A stretch of DNA of 64,000 nucleotides from Iphione sp. A-MEVVRFRX5. Its lineage: Eukaryota. The first letter of the stretch is position 1. Each line of letters begins with the position of its first letter. The stretch lies in assembly GCA_976226885.1 (NCBI GenBank), contig OZ320315.1, forward strand, positions 52,762,001 through 52,826,000. The letters are read 5' to 3'. The translations under genes were made by a program, and so were the position numbers. This document shows positions 34,264 through 49,200 of the stretch, piece by piece. The notes under the pieces were generated by a model. The model had not been told where the DNA came from. It ran no database searches and saw nothing but the letters and a program-made list of their open reading frames with translations.

Positions 34264-37200
34264 ATGACCGACAAAGATCGACAATCCAGTCGATTTTCTG
34301 TGGAAACAGATTCTACGATCAGAGATATATGGCAGGTAAGCATTATTACATTGTTTATTTACAATGCCCTTAAGTTTGGAATCATATTTATACCCGATGT
34401 CTGATGCTACTGAGTTTACATGTGTAAATGAAAGCGTCGTAATATTTGGTAAGTGCTCATGGCAAGTGTTTCTGCTATGGTATTTTGGCACACCAAGTAT
34501 TTCTATTCCGGATGAATCCCATTTCATTTAGTTTCTATCCAAATCGCGCTGTTTCAATTTTAAAGTCCCTATTATCGCCCACGTTAGTGCACCAGTTATA
34601 ACTGATCGCTCGCGAAGTCCTCCCAGCACAAAGCCAGAATGTCTCCCTGACGAACTTTAATAAAAACGGATGTAGTCGTGTTCACATGTTGTCTGTGTCG
34701 TCTTCAGTCGACGCCACCCATCGCAAGTCGAGTCCATCCTCCACTAAATACATGTATATATATAAGTGAAGTTTTATAACTTTAAGAAAACGAGGTGGGG
34801 ACAGTGTACATAGGCAAACCAGCTGCATTCCATTTCACGCATCCAGAATTTGATCTATATTACTCTCATTCCACGATAGCTATGGCAGTTGTTTTCACAT
34901 GCGCCCGTTTTCACTTATCCCGAAGGTGTTTTCATCTACCCTGTAAATTTGAGCTACAAGATTCAAATGCCTTGTTTTGTTACCAGTCGTCCTCTCACTG
35001 CATGTTAGCCACGGATTTCATTATACCTACCTCCTTTTCTTGCTTAGTTGCTAAAACAACAAGTCTTATTTATGTGCAATTGACAGTGCTTGTAAACTTT
35101 AGAATGGGTAAAAACAGTCGTAGGTGAAAATGGTCTCAAGTGAAGTCATCCATAATTCTTAACTGTTGACTCTAACTCACTTGTTTCTCCACAAGGAGAG
35201 AAGGGTATTGAGTCGATTTGTCCCGCGGTCCTTCTGTCCCGCTTGATTTTTCCTGCCGCTGAGTAGATTTGTCCCACAGGGTTTCCTTCATAATGATCCA
35301 ATTTTCATGCAATAACTGCCCAAGGAAAAATGTCAGCTAGGATAGGAGAGTGTACATAGCTTACTTTCTAGAGTAAAGGTTAGGGTTAGATTAGCCATAC
35401 TATTTCAATTAAAATCCCAAGGGGAGTGTTTGGGGGGAACCCCCCTCCCCCCCCCACACACACACAGTTTAGAACTGGTAATTTGATTTTAGGGTTAGGG
35501 TAAGGGAAGGTTGGCCATATTGAAGGTAGACTCCAGTGCGGGACAGATCGACATGGGTGCAGGACAGAATGACTCAGAGGCGGGACAAATCAGCTGTGGG
35601 ACAACTCAACTGTGGGACAAATCAACTATGATTCGAGAGATAAAGTTTGAGATGTTCCTTCCTATCTGAAGAGTTCCATGACGATGTAATCAGTGCTGAA
35701 ATACTAGTCTCCATGATGATACAGATAGCAAGGCAGGCCGGGTGACATTCCATTTCTTACCATTAGATTGCCATTTTCCTTCATCTGCTCAACATAAATA
35801 TGAAATCTTACGGATAGGGAAGCATTTATTTATGTTTAGAGATTGTTCTTCATATTATTTGTAGTTGTTTGGTATTTTATTTGATGCATGCTTCCAATTC
35901 GTCCTTCAACGCTTCCGTTTGACAAACTTATGTTGTCATAGTAATTTTCAACTTACATATGTCAAAACTCGTCATTAATTCAACACACATACGTCAAACG
36001 CCATTTTTACTGACCAGATTACATCTTAATTCATCCAAACATTGACCCATATATGTCATAGTTTTCCAAAGTTTGTCTAACTTGTTGAAATGTGACCTAC
36101 ATATGTCTTGATACTTGTCAAATTTATGATAGTTTGACCCAGATATGGCATGATTCATTAAAAAATTAACATACAGTGGAGTCTTAATTTGCAACCACCA
36201 CTTGGGACCAAGCTCAACTGGTCGTAATGGTGAATTTGGTCAGAAATTAAGTATCAAATGTATGTAAATCAGCATTTTGGTACCCATCTGAGATGGTCAG
36301 AAATCAAGAATGGTCGGAAATCGATGTGGTCGGAAATAGAGACTTCACTGTAGTTTGGTTGGATGAAAGCATTTTGCCCCAATTCATATAGATGTTTCAT
36401 ATACATGTAGTGTGAAACATGTATGTTGTAAAAAAATTGTAGCTAGAATTCACTTGTGCCTCCATGCGGCTTTAGCTGGCCTGCTGAGAGGAAGAATCCA
36501 GCTAGGGCATACATGTTATGTTACAGCTGCTGTCTTGTGTATTGATTACAGGGCTGCACCCCTGGCTATTGTTGATGTGTAATCCCCTGTCTGCACCTAG
36601 TGGTTAAGATACTGGGCATGCTATCTCACTGCACAAAGTGAATTTAGGATGTGTGGTCCTGTTATTATCAAACTAAGTAATTTTTTATGTACCACTTGCT
36701 CAGTTTTTGCACAGCGGCCACATGACCTGTAAACATGATGGTGGATGAGGTACATACTGATCAGGACAGTCAGAGTTTGGTCTCCCAGGCAAAGAAAAAG
36801 GGTACCTCCAGGATTAACCCAAAAAAGCCCAAAAAACCTGCCAAAGAGAATGTGGCACCATAGTAACCAGTTGCAGCTATGATGGACACAGTCATTCTGA
36901 ACCAGACCATGGCAGAGTTCAAGGATGACATGGCCAGGCTTGAGACTGATCTAAAGAGTGAGCTGTCAGGACTCCATGGGCGAGTTCTTTGCTATTGCCA
37001 ACATGCTCCATTCTGGCTTTCAAGGCTTGTACAAGGAAAATGATGCCTTCTCTGTCCCTATCCCAGCCAGTCACATCCCTCTGACAGATGAGGATTCTGA
37101 GGATGAAACAGCTCGCTTTGTGTCCAAACTGTTCCTGCACTAGATAGCAGCACATAAAGTCTTGGATGAGAACAAGTCTCCAGATTTTTGGGAAGAATTT

Positions 37201-40200
37201 TTTGAGCACCTAGACAGAGATGAATCAGTGGGACCTGACGTGGCTGAAGACATTGCTGCGTTTGTCAATAAACTCACCTTAAACTGTGGAAAGAGGCAAA
37301 GGTTACCAAGAAGGGGAGGGTTATCATAGGCCTGCCAATTTTGGAGTGAGGTCTGCCAAGAAGTAGATTTCGCTTTCTTCACAGATGGCAAGTTATTTCA
37401 TATAATTCACATTTGGAAACATCTTTCTTCAGATCCAGAAATTTTTGAAATTTTTCACAGAATCAAGTTGGAGTTTAAATACCAGCCTCCAGCCAGGAGC
37501 CATTGAATGTAGTTGACATTAAGTTACGCAAATGGTGGAGGAACTACTGCAACAGGGAGTCATTGTTTGTGACTTCCCTCCTTCACCTTTCCAGTCACAG
37601 ATTTTTCCCAGAGGAAAACCTAATGAGTCATTACCTATTACTTTTAGCTTGTCTGAACTAATCAGGTTTATGCTGTTCATCCACTTAAGATGGATACGTT
37701 TCAATCAGTGTCGCAAACCCTGTACAAGAATTGCTGGACGGCCACCATGGACCTTAAAGGCGCTTACCATGCTGTAGGCATACATCCTGATCATCAGAAG
37801 ATCTGCCAGGGTACATGCACCACACACATTGTTGCTCACTGATGCATGAAAGTTCGCTTAGGAAGCTATCATCAACTTTGCCTCAACAAGAAGAAAGTGG
37901 ATACTAAACGAACAATGCTGGCACATTAATGCCATTGAATCAAAAGGCATTTGGCTGGGACTTAAGGCTTTTTTCAGCACATGGGAACATTTTAAGGTTC
38001 TAATCTGGTATGATAGCACTACGGTGATAGCTTACATTAACAAGCAAGGTTGTACTATGTCTCAACTGTACACAACTTACTGAGGAAGATCTGCAATTTC
38101 TTGGAGGACTACTAGGCCTGGGCTCCTTCAGCGCATATCCCAGGAGTGGAAAACACCAAAGCTGATTATATAATGCAATTTCAATGAAGATACAGAATTG
38201 CAACTCAATCTTCAAGGAGATCACAAATGTATGGGGATCCGTGGTATGCTAGTTGGGAGAACTGATCTAAACACCAAGATTAGTGGCCTTTTTTCATGCG
38301 ATTGGAGATATTTGAAGCCATTCTATTTATTTCCTCCATATTTATTAATATCCAGGGTCATGCAGAAGCTGAGACATACCAATAAATGCCATTCTAGTGG
38401 TCCCACAGTGGCAAGCACAGAGGTGGTATGGCCATCTTCACCAAGACTGTTCACAAGCCATGATCCAGTTCCCAGCCAAGCCAAACAACCTGCTCAAAAT
38501 CTACAAGAACAAAGACATTGAGACATCAATGCAACACCTCTGTTGGTGGTATTCTTCTTGAGTGATGTATTGACAAGTGTCTAAAGAAAAACCTGTTGTG
38601 GAGATGCATGATGCATTCCTGAAAAAGATCAACCAGACTGCTATACGCTTATGAAAATCATTAGCACACTTATTGTGCAACAAAAAATATTGACCTGCTG
38701 AATCCAGAACCCGAGCAAGCACTGTTGTTTCTGCATCGGTTATTCAAATCTAGGCTTAGTTATGGTGCCCTTAATACAGTGAGAAGTGCCATTTCTTCTA
38801 TTCTTAAGAAGTTTTGATCATCATTGGCTTACCAACAGAGTCATGGCTGGAATGTTGAATCTCTGTCCTCCCAAAGCCTGCCTAGAATACACCTGGGATG
38901 TTGAGCTAGTTCTTAGTCCCTTTAGATCTTGCATCCCTATTAATTCATTATCCTCAAGGAGCTTACGTTAAAGACAGTCATGCTGGTGCTGTTAGCATCT
39001 TGTGAGAGGTTACAGACTATTCATAACAGTGATTTGACCAATGTTCATGAGATAGGGGCTTATTGATTACAGATCAACTTCTTTTTTCTCTTTAAGCATA
39101 ACAGAGCAGAAAAGCAGCCTAGTCACATAGTCTTAGTGCCCTTCACTCAGGAACATTCCTTGTGCTTTGTTACCCATATTAGAAAGTACATGGCCCATAC
39201 CAGTAGTATTTAGGAGGCCCAAGCAGGGCTCTTTGTCAGCTACCCTATCAATCAGTTACCACTTTGACTTTAGCCAGATGGGTCAAAGAGGTCCTCTTTA
39301 GCTTGCATAGACACTAGTACTTTCATGGCTCATAGTATCTGGGCTTACTCTGCATCCCAGTTATTTGTGGCTGGATTACCCACTCAAGAAGTTCTCGAGA
39401 GGGATGTGGGTTGACGAGAACAGTTTTATTTGAAGCACCTCATCTATTGTGAGTATGCCTTCTCATACTATGGAGTTGTTTGTTCAACTCCGTAGGGAAT
39501 GCCAACAGGTCCTAAACATCTCAAACATGTTCTCTCCTCATAGAGAGACAAGCAAGTTAGAGTTTTGTAGTTACCCTAGCTATAGTGCAGAGTGACTTTA
39601 ACAAGCCTAAGTCCCAAAGGGAACATAGAAGAGAACAGGTTCCCACCCAATTGGACCCTGACCTATTGTGTTCTGCACTTAACACTATTATCTCCACTGA
39701 ATGTTGTTCTAGTAGCCAGCATTCTCATGTTCATCGGCTTACCTCAAAAACTGTGTCATCATGGAATTCTTCATACTAGAAGAAGCATCTCAAACCTGGT
39801 CTCTCCTCTGCTTTGAGACTTAGGCTTGTTAGCGTCTAAGTCAGTTTCACTCACCGTCAATTTCAAATTTGCTTGCTTGAATACCTAAAATGCTATTGTG
39901 TATCTGATCACGGGTGAAATTTACTTGAGGATGAGTGAAATAGGTCACAGTTGAAATTGATCAGGGCTGAAATTGATTACATGTATATTCCCATAGTCAT
40001 TGATCAGGACTGAAATTGACTATACTCCCATGGTCAGTGCTGACTAGGATAGGGCTGGTGGTCAAAAATTATGTAGGCTGAGTAGATCAACTTTGAAGTA
40101 GGTGAAATCAACTATTGATGTGGGAGGAAATTAATCTAGTGAAATGAACTATCTGTCAGTGAGGTTTGGGGCTTAGAGTGAAATAAGTATCATTTAAGAT

Positions 40201-43200
40201 ACATCATATTCAAGGAGGGTGAAAATTGAAATCGACTGTAGATGCAATTTTATGGTTGACGTGGAGCAAAAGAGAGGACACTACATTAGACTGAATGTCT
40301 AAACTTACGTTCCACTGCGGGGTGTCTCCCTGTGATATATGGCACAAGCAAATATCCTTACAGACATTACATTTAGTTGTCGCACAGCAGTTGTATGGGC
40401 TGGATGCTTCAGAACTTTCTTCCATTCGATTTTAGCAGATACGGGAATCCTGGATAAACGTTGTTGCTTCTTTTCAGCACACTGTCAAAGCAGGAGCAGA
40501 TCACCTCTTTTTCTGAACAGGTGGCTTGCCTGCCTCTCGCTCACCCTACCTTCGTGGCTTTATAAAGTAATATACCTGTATGAAAAATAATCAGTTTATC
40601 TTTTTTCTCACTATTTCCTAGTATGCGCAACAGGAAGGCTATACGTTTGATCCACAAAAAATGAATGAAGTGGTGGATATGCGGCGGCAAATCAGGAAAG
40701 AAGTCCGGTAAGTAACCTACTTTCTCTGTAATTGCTCTTTTCCTTCTTTGTGACTAATATGACTGAAGGTTTTTAATAGTTTTGTTATTATTTTCCTAGG
40801 TCCCACATGCTAAACGAAGACATGAGTCTTATGTCGCAGCCTGACACGCCAGAAATTCGACCAGCCCAGATCAGTCGACCATTGAAGCGGCTCAGTGCAA
40901 ATGTCAATCTGGAGAAATGTATCCTTTCACGTGACAAAGTTTACAGAGACATCATCTTATGTGTATTTTTTCGTACACTCGTTGTTCAGCAGCATCATAA
41001 ATGCACCAGGAAAGTGGCCATGAATGCTAGGCTCTGAATAGCGGAACAGGATCCTTTCCTAGATCGTCAATAGAGTTATTTAACTCTTTTTCGTTCGGCA
41101 AGCCTTAACCAAAACTAGCATTGCAACTGTTAGATGAAGCAGTGGGTACACCTGGACCTCTGTTGCGGTCATCCAAACGCACGCCGACAGGAGCCAAGCG
41201 CTCTACATGTAAATGCATACGCTCCCTCTTCATTCATTCTCTAAATGTTGTCCCCTTAGCATTTGACTTCATACAAAACCTGCACCTTTTAATTAGATTA
41301 AGTAAACATAGCTGAAATATATGACAATGTAAAAACGATAGTTAAGTGTTTCTCATTGTGTAAATAAAGCCTTAGTAGAAAGTTCATATCGGGTCATTAT
41401 GGAAAGAGTCAGTTACACAATCGTGGGTTGAAACAGCCATAGGAGGGATTTAGCGTTTTAGCAGGACAAGTTGTTGCAAGCAAGTTACGAATTGTTCCGA
41501 GCAAAGAATAAATAAATATTGTTGATTTTGACTCTTATCACTGCCCGCTAGGTGGCAGCACTGAGAACAGCTCACCCCAGCGCCACACAGGCCATAAACC
41601 TCAGTCGTGCTTTATTTCCAAATGTACCTTTAGTTCCTTGTCCTCTCCTACAGTAACTCAGAGAAGCCTTCAGGCCTTTGATATTTCCTCGGTTACTGGT
41701 GCCTCTCCTGTAGGATCCATGATCGTAACGCCAGGGTCAACGCGGGTAAGTGGGTCTCATTTAGTGAGGATTAGAATTTTCAGTAGTGCTGGTGAGAAGA
41801 GCTGCTGTCTTCATTGCCTCTATGAGATACATTGTATCAGACCTACAAAACAAAGTAAATAGCAAAGTAGAAGCTATCTTATTCATCTTAATGTATAGAT
41901 TTAACGGGTATTTGTACATATGTATGTTTATTTATTTGATCTGTTTTTATGAACCTTTTTTTAGCACTCCTTTGGTGAGAGTGGAATGGAATCAATGATT
42001 TCGTTCGCAAATAGCAAACACCAACAGGTAGGGCTATTTCGAATTGTCGGGCAAGATTCTATACGTGCATTTAATGTGATAAGGGATCTGGGTGTGGTGG
42101 GATATCTGGGGACTTGATCTGTACGTATAGTTGTTACGTTTAGTAATGGATCATACAAGAATAAACAGTAATGGGTCTGAATGATTTTAAAGTGGACAAC
42201 TTTGTGCTGCCTATCGTCATAGTGATATTGATGCTGCGTTTTCTATTGCCCACTGTAGACCCTGCCCGAAGAGGATATAACAACAACAAATGTTGGCCTG
42301 TTATTGGAGGAAGACCCGGGCCTGGCTGGTGAGACACTCTCCCGATAACTTATACTCATCCCCGCATCTCGTTCTTTCAGTATTGCATATAATTCATATG
42401 CTTTTACAAAGAGTTATTAACGTAACGCTGACTTTTAACATTCTAATTTTCAGCGTCAGTTAGCGTATTCGATGAGTTCCTTACTCTGATGAAGAATAAC
42501 CCTTCAGAACACCAGGTCTTTGAATTGCTCAATGAATACAGTCGAGTTTGTGCCGAGCAGGTTACTATCCTCAGGAAGCTCATCAAACGCACCACTCCAG
42601 GACAGCTAAAGTGAGTAAATGTGCACAGTGCATTTCCGAGTTTGTTCTTCAAAAACAGAATACAGTTAGAGAACTTGATATGCAAACTACTGTCATTGCA
42701 TGGTATGATGTACAGAAACCGATTTTCTTCTTGGATATTGAGTTTTCTTTATTCGAGAAATGGTCAGTTGTATCATGATGGGGCGTGAATGTTTTCGATA
42801 TTTGGAGTTCGGAAATCGAATCCTAGCTGTTCGTGTGGTAGCTGCTAGATTGCCGTTATAACACTTTTCTTATGAGTTACATATCCTCTTCATTTTTGGA
42901 TTCAAATGGCACTGTTTTGTGCTTTAAATTGGACTAAGCAAACAAGAAAAGAAGTTTTGCTATGAGACACAACAGGACATCGGGAGGACTCGCTCCTCTT
43001 CCTTCTTCCTTTCCCTGTGATACAGTTACTGGGGTCAGTACATCTGAATGTAGAAAGTGTTGAATAATAGACTCTCTCTCCCTCTGTCTCTATCTGTCTC
43101 TCTCTCCCTCTGTCTCTCTCTCTCTCTCTCCCTCACTCTCTACCAATATCATGACTCTTTTTCTTGTCAAATTTCAGACTGGCTAAAGTTATGGAGGTAC

Positions 43201-46200
43201 TGGAAACACTGGACAAAGAGAAACAAACATGGAACCTCATTTCTTTATTGTTCAAGGATCGTCTTGAATCAGCGGCGAATCCATATGAAGAAGAAATGAT
43301 GATTGACAAATTAGTAAGTTACATATTACCTTTTTATATCATCCCAAGCCAATTTGTTGAATTGTTCCATGCGTTGGTTATTACATGTTCTTCTTGTATA
43401 GACTTCAAATGTGTTTTTACTGTGTAAAGTTTTTTTTATACTTTTACTTAACATCTTCATGTGTTTCAGGGACAACACCAGAGCGAGAAGCAGCTGGTGG
43501 ATGCTTTGTATGAAAGAGATTCCTCAGTGCGTCAGGCGCAGGTAAGTCCACAAGTCCTTTTTTCCTCCATAGTCCGGCATAATGGGATGACATACCTGTT
43601 TGTTACATACGTGTATTCAATAAAAAAGAAATAAAAAATAAAAATGTTAGGGAAAAGTATGGACAAACCATTGAAATAGGAACAATAGCAAACGTGGCGC
43701 TACAACCACTATGTGACCAGACTTCATATACATTATGAGAAAAGAAAACTATTTTCTAAAATAACTCATTTGGGCGATTCTACCTTACAGCTTGTAGTCG
43801 ACTGGCTGGAACAAGGAGCGCAGGAGGAGCTTGAAGATTTCTACGACAGATTTAGGGTTTTCACCGATCAGACTGGTGCATGGTCTGTGGATTTGTGTTA
43901 TACGTTATATGTATAGTAAATGTTTACAAAATTTTGATTTGCTGCATTTTTCAGGCCGTCCAGAGTATTAAAAACCGTTAACTCTTACATTTCAAGTCTA
44001 ACATCGTGTAAGTTGCAGTAGAAAATCGCATTGAATAGGTCCCAGTAATATTTATGAACTACTAAAGCTCGAAATCGTTCCTTTCATATAACAGGGAAAA
44101 CACTTTACACGTACTCAAGCAAAAGAAAGGTGGTGTTACTTTCACCTCAGACAGACAGATGGTCGATGAAATGGTAAGTCAAAGCAGACTTGTTGTTGGT
44201 AATACCACACACGATTAGGAATGTAGGCACATGTCCATGAAGTTTCATAAAAGAGTATAAGGCATTTTGTTTACTTGTATATATTGAGGGATTGCCAACA
44301 CCTCTTGCAAATTGCATATGTACATGTCCTTTTTCTCGCTTCACCAGCAATTAATATTAATACCACGTAGCATTTTGATATGCACCAATAGTACACCAAC
44401 AAACAGGTTTAAAGTCCAACTGTGAAATGTGTGCTCAGGTGAATAATCCAAAACCATTCACTTGTTTGGTTATAATCGATGATTCACAAGAGCAACTGTT
44501 TGTATGCTGACTCTGACAGGATCCAGATGCGCCTATCCGCCAGCGGCGACCATTGGCCGACCTGGATGAGGAGGACGAGCTGTGTTTGGCGCGCTACTTG
44601 TTCATATGTGTTCGCGCTGGAAACCTGGACAAGGTAAAGAAAAGGGAAATACACCCAAAGATGGGATTTTCTAAGCGTCCCTTATCAAGGCCAGGGACTA
44701 TGTGGGCAGTAACTTGCAAATGTTAACACTCAGCTGACATTTGGGTTCATAGCTGGCTATACTGCGTCCATCTCCGAGTAACTGAACTACAGCCTCTCTA
44801 CGCTTGAAAGGGAGCTATAATGTAGTAGTAAAACTTTATTACATGAAATACCCACCGGGTGTTAAAGCAGATACATGAATAAAATTAGAAGGGCCATCTG
44901 GTTGCTTAAGTGAACAATATCTGATACAGCACAAAACACAAATAAATCAAGAGAAAGCCATTGGTGACAACAGACAAGAAAACCAAACAGAGCAAAACCT
45001 TATCATTCAGACAAAAGCTAAACTAAGATGAGTGGTTAAAATATATAGACAGAGGCGGTTTGCCAGTGGAAAGAGCTAACCGTACTTTGGAGGATACCAC
45101 CATGATGTCAGCTACAAATACATAGAACAGAAGTAGGTTTCTATTGCACATATGTGAATTACAAGTGGTGAACTTTACAGTAGACGACACATAAACATGT
45201 TTATCTGTAGCACGCATAAACATGTATGTTTCCTACTGTCATGTACCGTCAGGCCCAGGAACTGTGTGTGCAGTGCGGCCAGGAGTGGCGGGCGGCCACC
45301 CTGGAGGGTTGGAGACTCTACCACGATCCTAACTACGATGGTTATGGTGCCCACGGCCAGGTAATGCCAGTTGAAGGTAACCCATACCGTGACATCTGGA
45401 AGGCAGTCTGCTGGAAAATGGCAGAAGAAGTAAGTACACGTTCAATGCAGGCAGAGAAATGTGCCCCCTGAACCACCCTTGTAGCATGTTATGGCGGGGC
45501 ACTCCTTTCTTAGTCTGTCGTTGTTATACGCCCACTTGGCAAAGTGTAGCCAAAAACACTGCCTTTCTCAGTATGAGCTGTTGTCATTTTTTTCCTTCGC
45601 ATTTGCAAATCTCTAATGAACGGAACATCTTTTTTCCATTGTAATGTATAACCCTGTGTTAATCTAGCGGGGAATTATAACCCGTGAGCCATCGGCTCTA
45701 TTCTGCGAATCGCTTTATTTTGCCATTTCTTCCTGTAATCCCCCCCATGTCATTCCGTCGCTACTGAAGGCTTTAACACAGTTTTCTGGGTCTTTTTTTG
45801 TCACAGGAGAAATTCCCCACACACGAGCGAGCTGTGTATGCAGCTCTGAGTGGTAACCTTCGCCGCCTGCTGCCAGCCTGCATCTCTTGGGCAGACTACC
45901 TCTGGGCCTATTTTAAGGTATTTGTTGACACACGTGTTGAGCAGGAGATCCGCATCAACAATACAGGTGACCATCGCTTGGAGGAGCTGCCGTCATCTTA
46001 CTGGGACAAAGTGTAAGAGTGATTTGTGTGTTAGACAATACTCAAACAAACCTTCAGAATTTGTGGATGCATAAAGTTGACCCTCGCTTTCCAAACAAGG
46101 TGCATTTCCTGTTTTTCGTTTGTGGTCTAGTTAGTGGTTTATTGAATATGTTTTATTCACTTCAGTTCTTCTAAACAGTCTTTACATATATATACTCTGA

Positions 46201-49200
46201 TTCTAAGGTCACGCTTTGATTTTACTTTCGCAGCATGTCTGCAGAGTCCATATTCCGAGAGATTCAAGCTTGTCCAAATGATGTAAGTCACAGAATTTAC
46301 ACATACATGACAGACATTTTGTTCATATCCTGCAGAATAGGAAACAACTCATATCTATGAATGTGCAAAGTGCCATTATGGGTCTACTCTGATCATATTG
46401 TCAAAGCAATGTCTCGAAGTAACACTACTCTCTTAATCCTTTCAGATGCAGTCTGTCAGATAAGATGTCTGTTTTCAAACTTTGTAAGGATAAGTTCGTA
46501 GGGGATGTTTTTTCCATTTCCTAAATGTACTAGTATATTTGTTTTACTTGTCACAGCATGTACGTGCGGAAAGTAAACAGCAGTTCCATACGCTACAAAA
46601 GTATCTGATTATGGGGGACACTGATGGTAAGTCTGTCTTTCATATATGGGAGAACGTGGCTAGATCTTTCCCCTTTGAAATGCTACCGAATTCTCAAAAA
46701 AAAAAATTATGCCTTTCATTTATGTACATGTACATATCGCAGGGTTTCTCAATTGCAGCTCTTGTGTTTTCCACTAAGACTTAAACAAGTTATTTAACGG
46801 AGGCGCAATTATCATTAGATACTGCAAGTAAGGCTTTTTTAATTTGCAGCTTTGATTGAAGAAATCTATGAATGGGTCAAAGATGATAACCTTCGTCTCC
46901 CACAACACCTCTTACGGTTTACAACACACCTCATCCTCTTCCTCCGCACCGTAGGTCTGAGCTCAAAGGTAAAACTTCAGGGTGGATTACTAAAAAAAAT
47001 GTGTATTTTTGATATAGGGATTATGTTTCACAATATGACTTCCAAAGTCCGTCATTTTACCAGTTTTTAAGTAATATGTTAATTCGAGCCCAGCACTTCA
47101 AAATCTTCGAAATTAGCATTTAATTACATGTATATAGTCAGTAAAGAAAATCAGTAGTCAGATATAAATTCAGTCAATGAATTGCACACTAGGTAAGCTT
47201 TGGGTTTTTTAAAAACAAAATTGTTGTCTTTTCCCTCTTAAAATAGGAGGAATTATGCGTTGCTATACTAGAGGCTTATGTGGGTGACCTTATCGAGAAT
47301 AACAAGATGGAGCTTGTTGCTGCCTACGTAGCTGTCCTGCCACAGAACCTACAGGTGGAGTGGTACGCGAAGTTCCTCGAAGGTTAGTAGTAGCTTCTTA
47401 GTAGGTTTTATGAATATTATAATGTTTTTTGACAGTCTTTTAGAAGAAGAAAAGGTGTGAACCGTTGCTATATTCATGGAGAGAAGAAATGTCTTAATCT
47501 GCTTATACAGGGTCTTGTTCGTCTGTGATTTAAACGAATATATGCTTGATTATTACTGTAAAAAAATGTGGCTCTCCTTCGTGAATTATAAAAGAGAACC
47601 TTCCATGTGTTCTTGAATATTGAAGATGGTATAAAGTAACATGAATCCTTAGTCTCCATCTGCACCTTTAACCCATACTGAAAGCCACCTTTAAAAACAT
47701 GCTGTTGGTGTATACTGACATTACAGCCTACACGTTGATGCGAGGATCATGCAGCTTTAAATGTTTAAATGTTCTGGGGATCTGTAGAGTCCTAGGGTTG
47801 TCAAGGACACAACTCCCGGGGTCAAAATACAGACTATAAAGTCGTGAAACTACCGCAAAGCCCATATCCTGTCTCTTCTCACCTCACTTAGTTTTAAAGC
47901 GAACCATAGTAGTAATTTAAATCTTCATTCCTCTGTTGTGTGGTCATTGTCTTCAGGTGTACATGAGGCAGATGATCGGCGGCGGTGCCTGGAGCTGGCC
48001 ACCGACGCTGGCCTGGATGTCCCCGCCATCACCAAACTAGTGGTGGAAAACATTCGTGAAAAGGCGGACTTTGGCCTGGAGACTGATGTTAATGTGGATA
48101 CCCATGTCACTGAGGTGAGGGGAGCATTTCTAGATGTGATTTGCTTGCACGTGCTAACAACATTGTGCAAAGCTGGGTAAAATTAAAGGGAAGTAGTTCA
48201 GGTGAGGACTACAGAAAGTTGTTTCATAACATTGAGGGGTTATAAGATGGAACAGATTTGTCACTTTATATCTTATTGTCTCTCTGACAGAATATTCCCT
48301 TGACGCCAATATGAAGTCACATGTAAATTTCACGTATCATCTATGTGTACCAGAATGGTTGGAGAACTCTTTATCAGGTTGTTTAATTGGGGAATTAGTT
48401 CCAGCTTTTATCACTACTCTAATTGTTGTATCATAGAATTTCCTGGATTTCGGCCAAATGTTTTTATTGAAATAACGTGAAGAATGCACCACTCAACCCA
48501 GTCTTCACTTACTGAAGTGTATTACCACATAGCAGTAACTTGTCAGCTTTATATAACACAGGCTGTCTATCATGGGGAGGAAAATTGCATTGACTAAATT
48601 ACATTTACAGGATGATCGCCAGAAGATCAATGCGATTGATTGGTTGGTGTTCGACTCCAGTCAGAGGGCAGAAGCCATTCGTCAAGCCAATGCGCTCATG
48701 AGGTCGTTTCTTGGTAAGAACATTTTGTACAGAATTCCATACTGTCATGGCGCTGATCAGTGCGACCTCGAGCTGTAGCCAGTGGATGTTCCAAGGCAGT
48801 ATTTATGTGATAGAACTATGACTATATCAACATAATGCAAAATATTTTGCATTTACATGAAAGCAGGGAAATACTCCACAGAAATATGTAAGAAAGATGT
48901 ACAATACATGTACTTGGGTATTACCTATTTTTATCATAGATACATGTACTTGCCGAGTGGCGTGTGCATGTAGTGTCTAGCGTATGCAAATCCTATCAGT
49001 AATGTGATGGGATTCTTTAAAATGCCATAACATGCAAACCAGTGCACAGCAGGTAACATTTTTTTTCAATTCTTAAATCACATTCGTAACCATGCCAACT
49101 GTGATTATTCAAGACAGTTGATCCTCATTCCTACAGCTGCACGTAAACTAAATGCTGCCCGGGAGGTATTCAGCAAGATCCCAGCTGGCTCGATTGACGT

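Noticed and set aside
35375-35505. TTAGGG motifs as interstitial telomere
   Set aside because: Only one or two units each, embedded in a palindromic MITE.
41634-41653. Upstream AG at 41632-41633 as the acceptor of NUP107 exon 5
   Set aside because: Wrong phase. The AG at 41652-41653 has a strong pyrimidine tract and keeps the frame.
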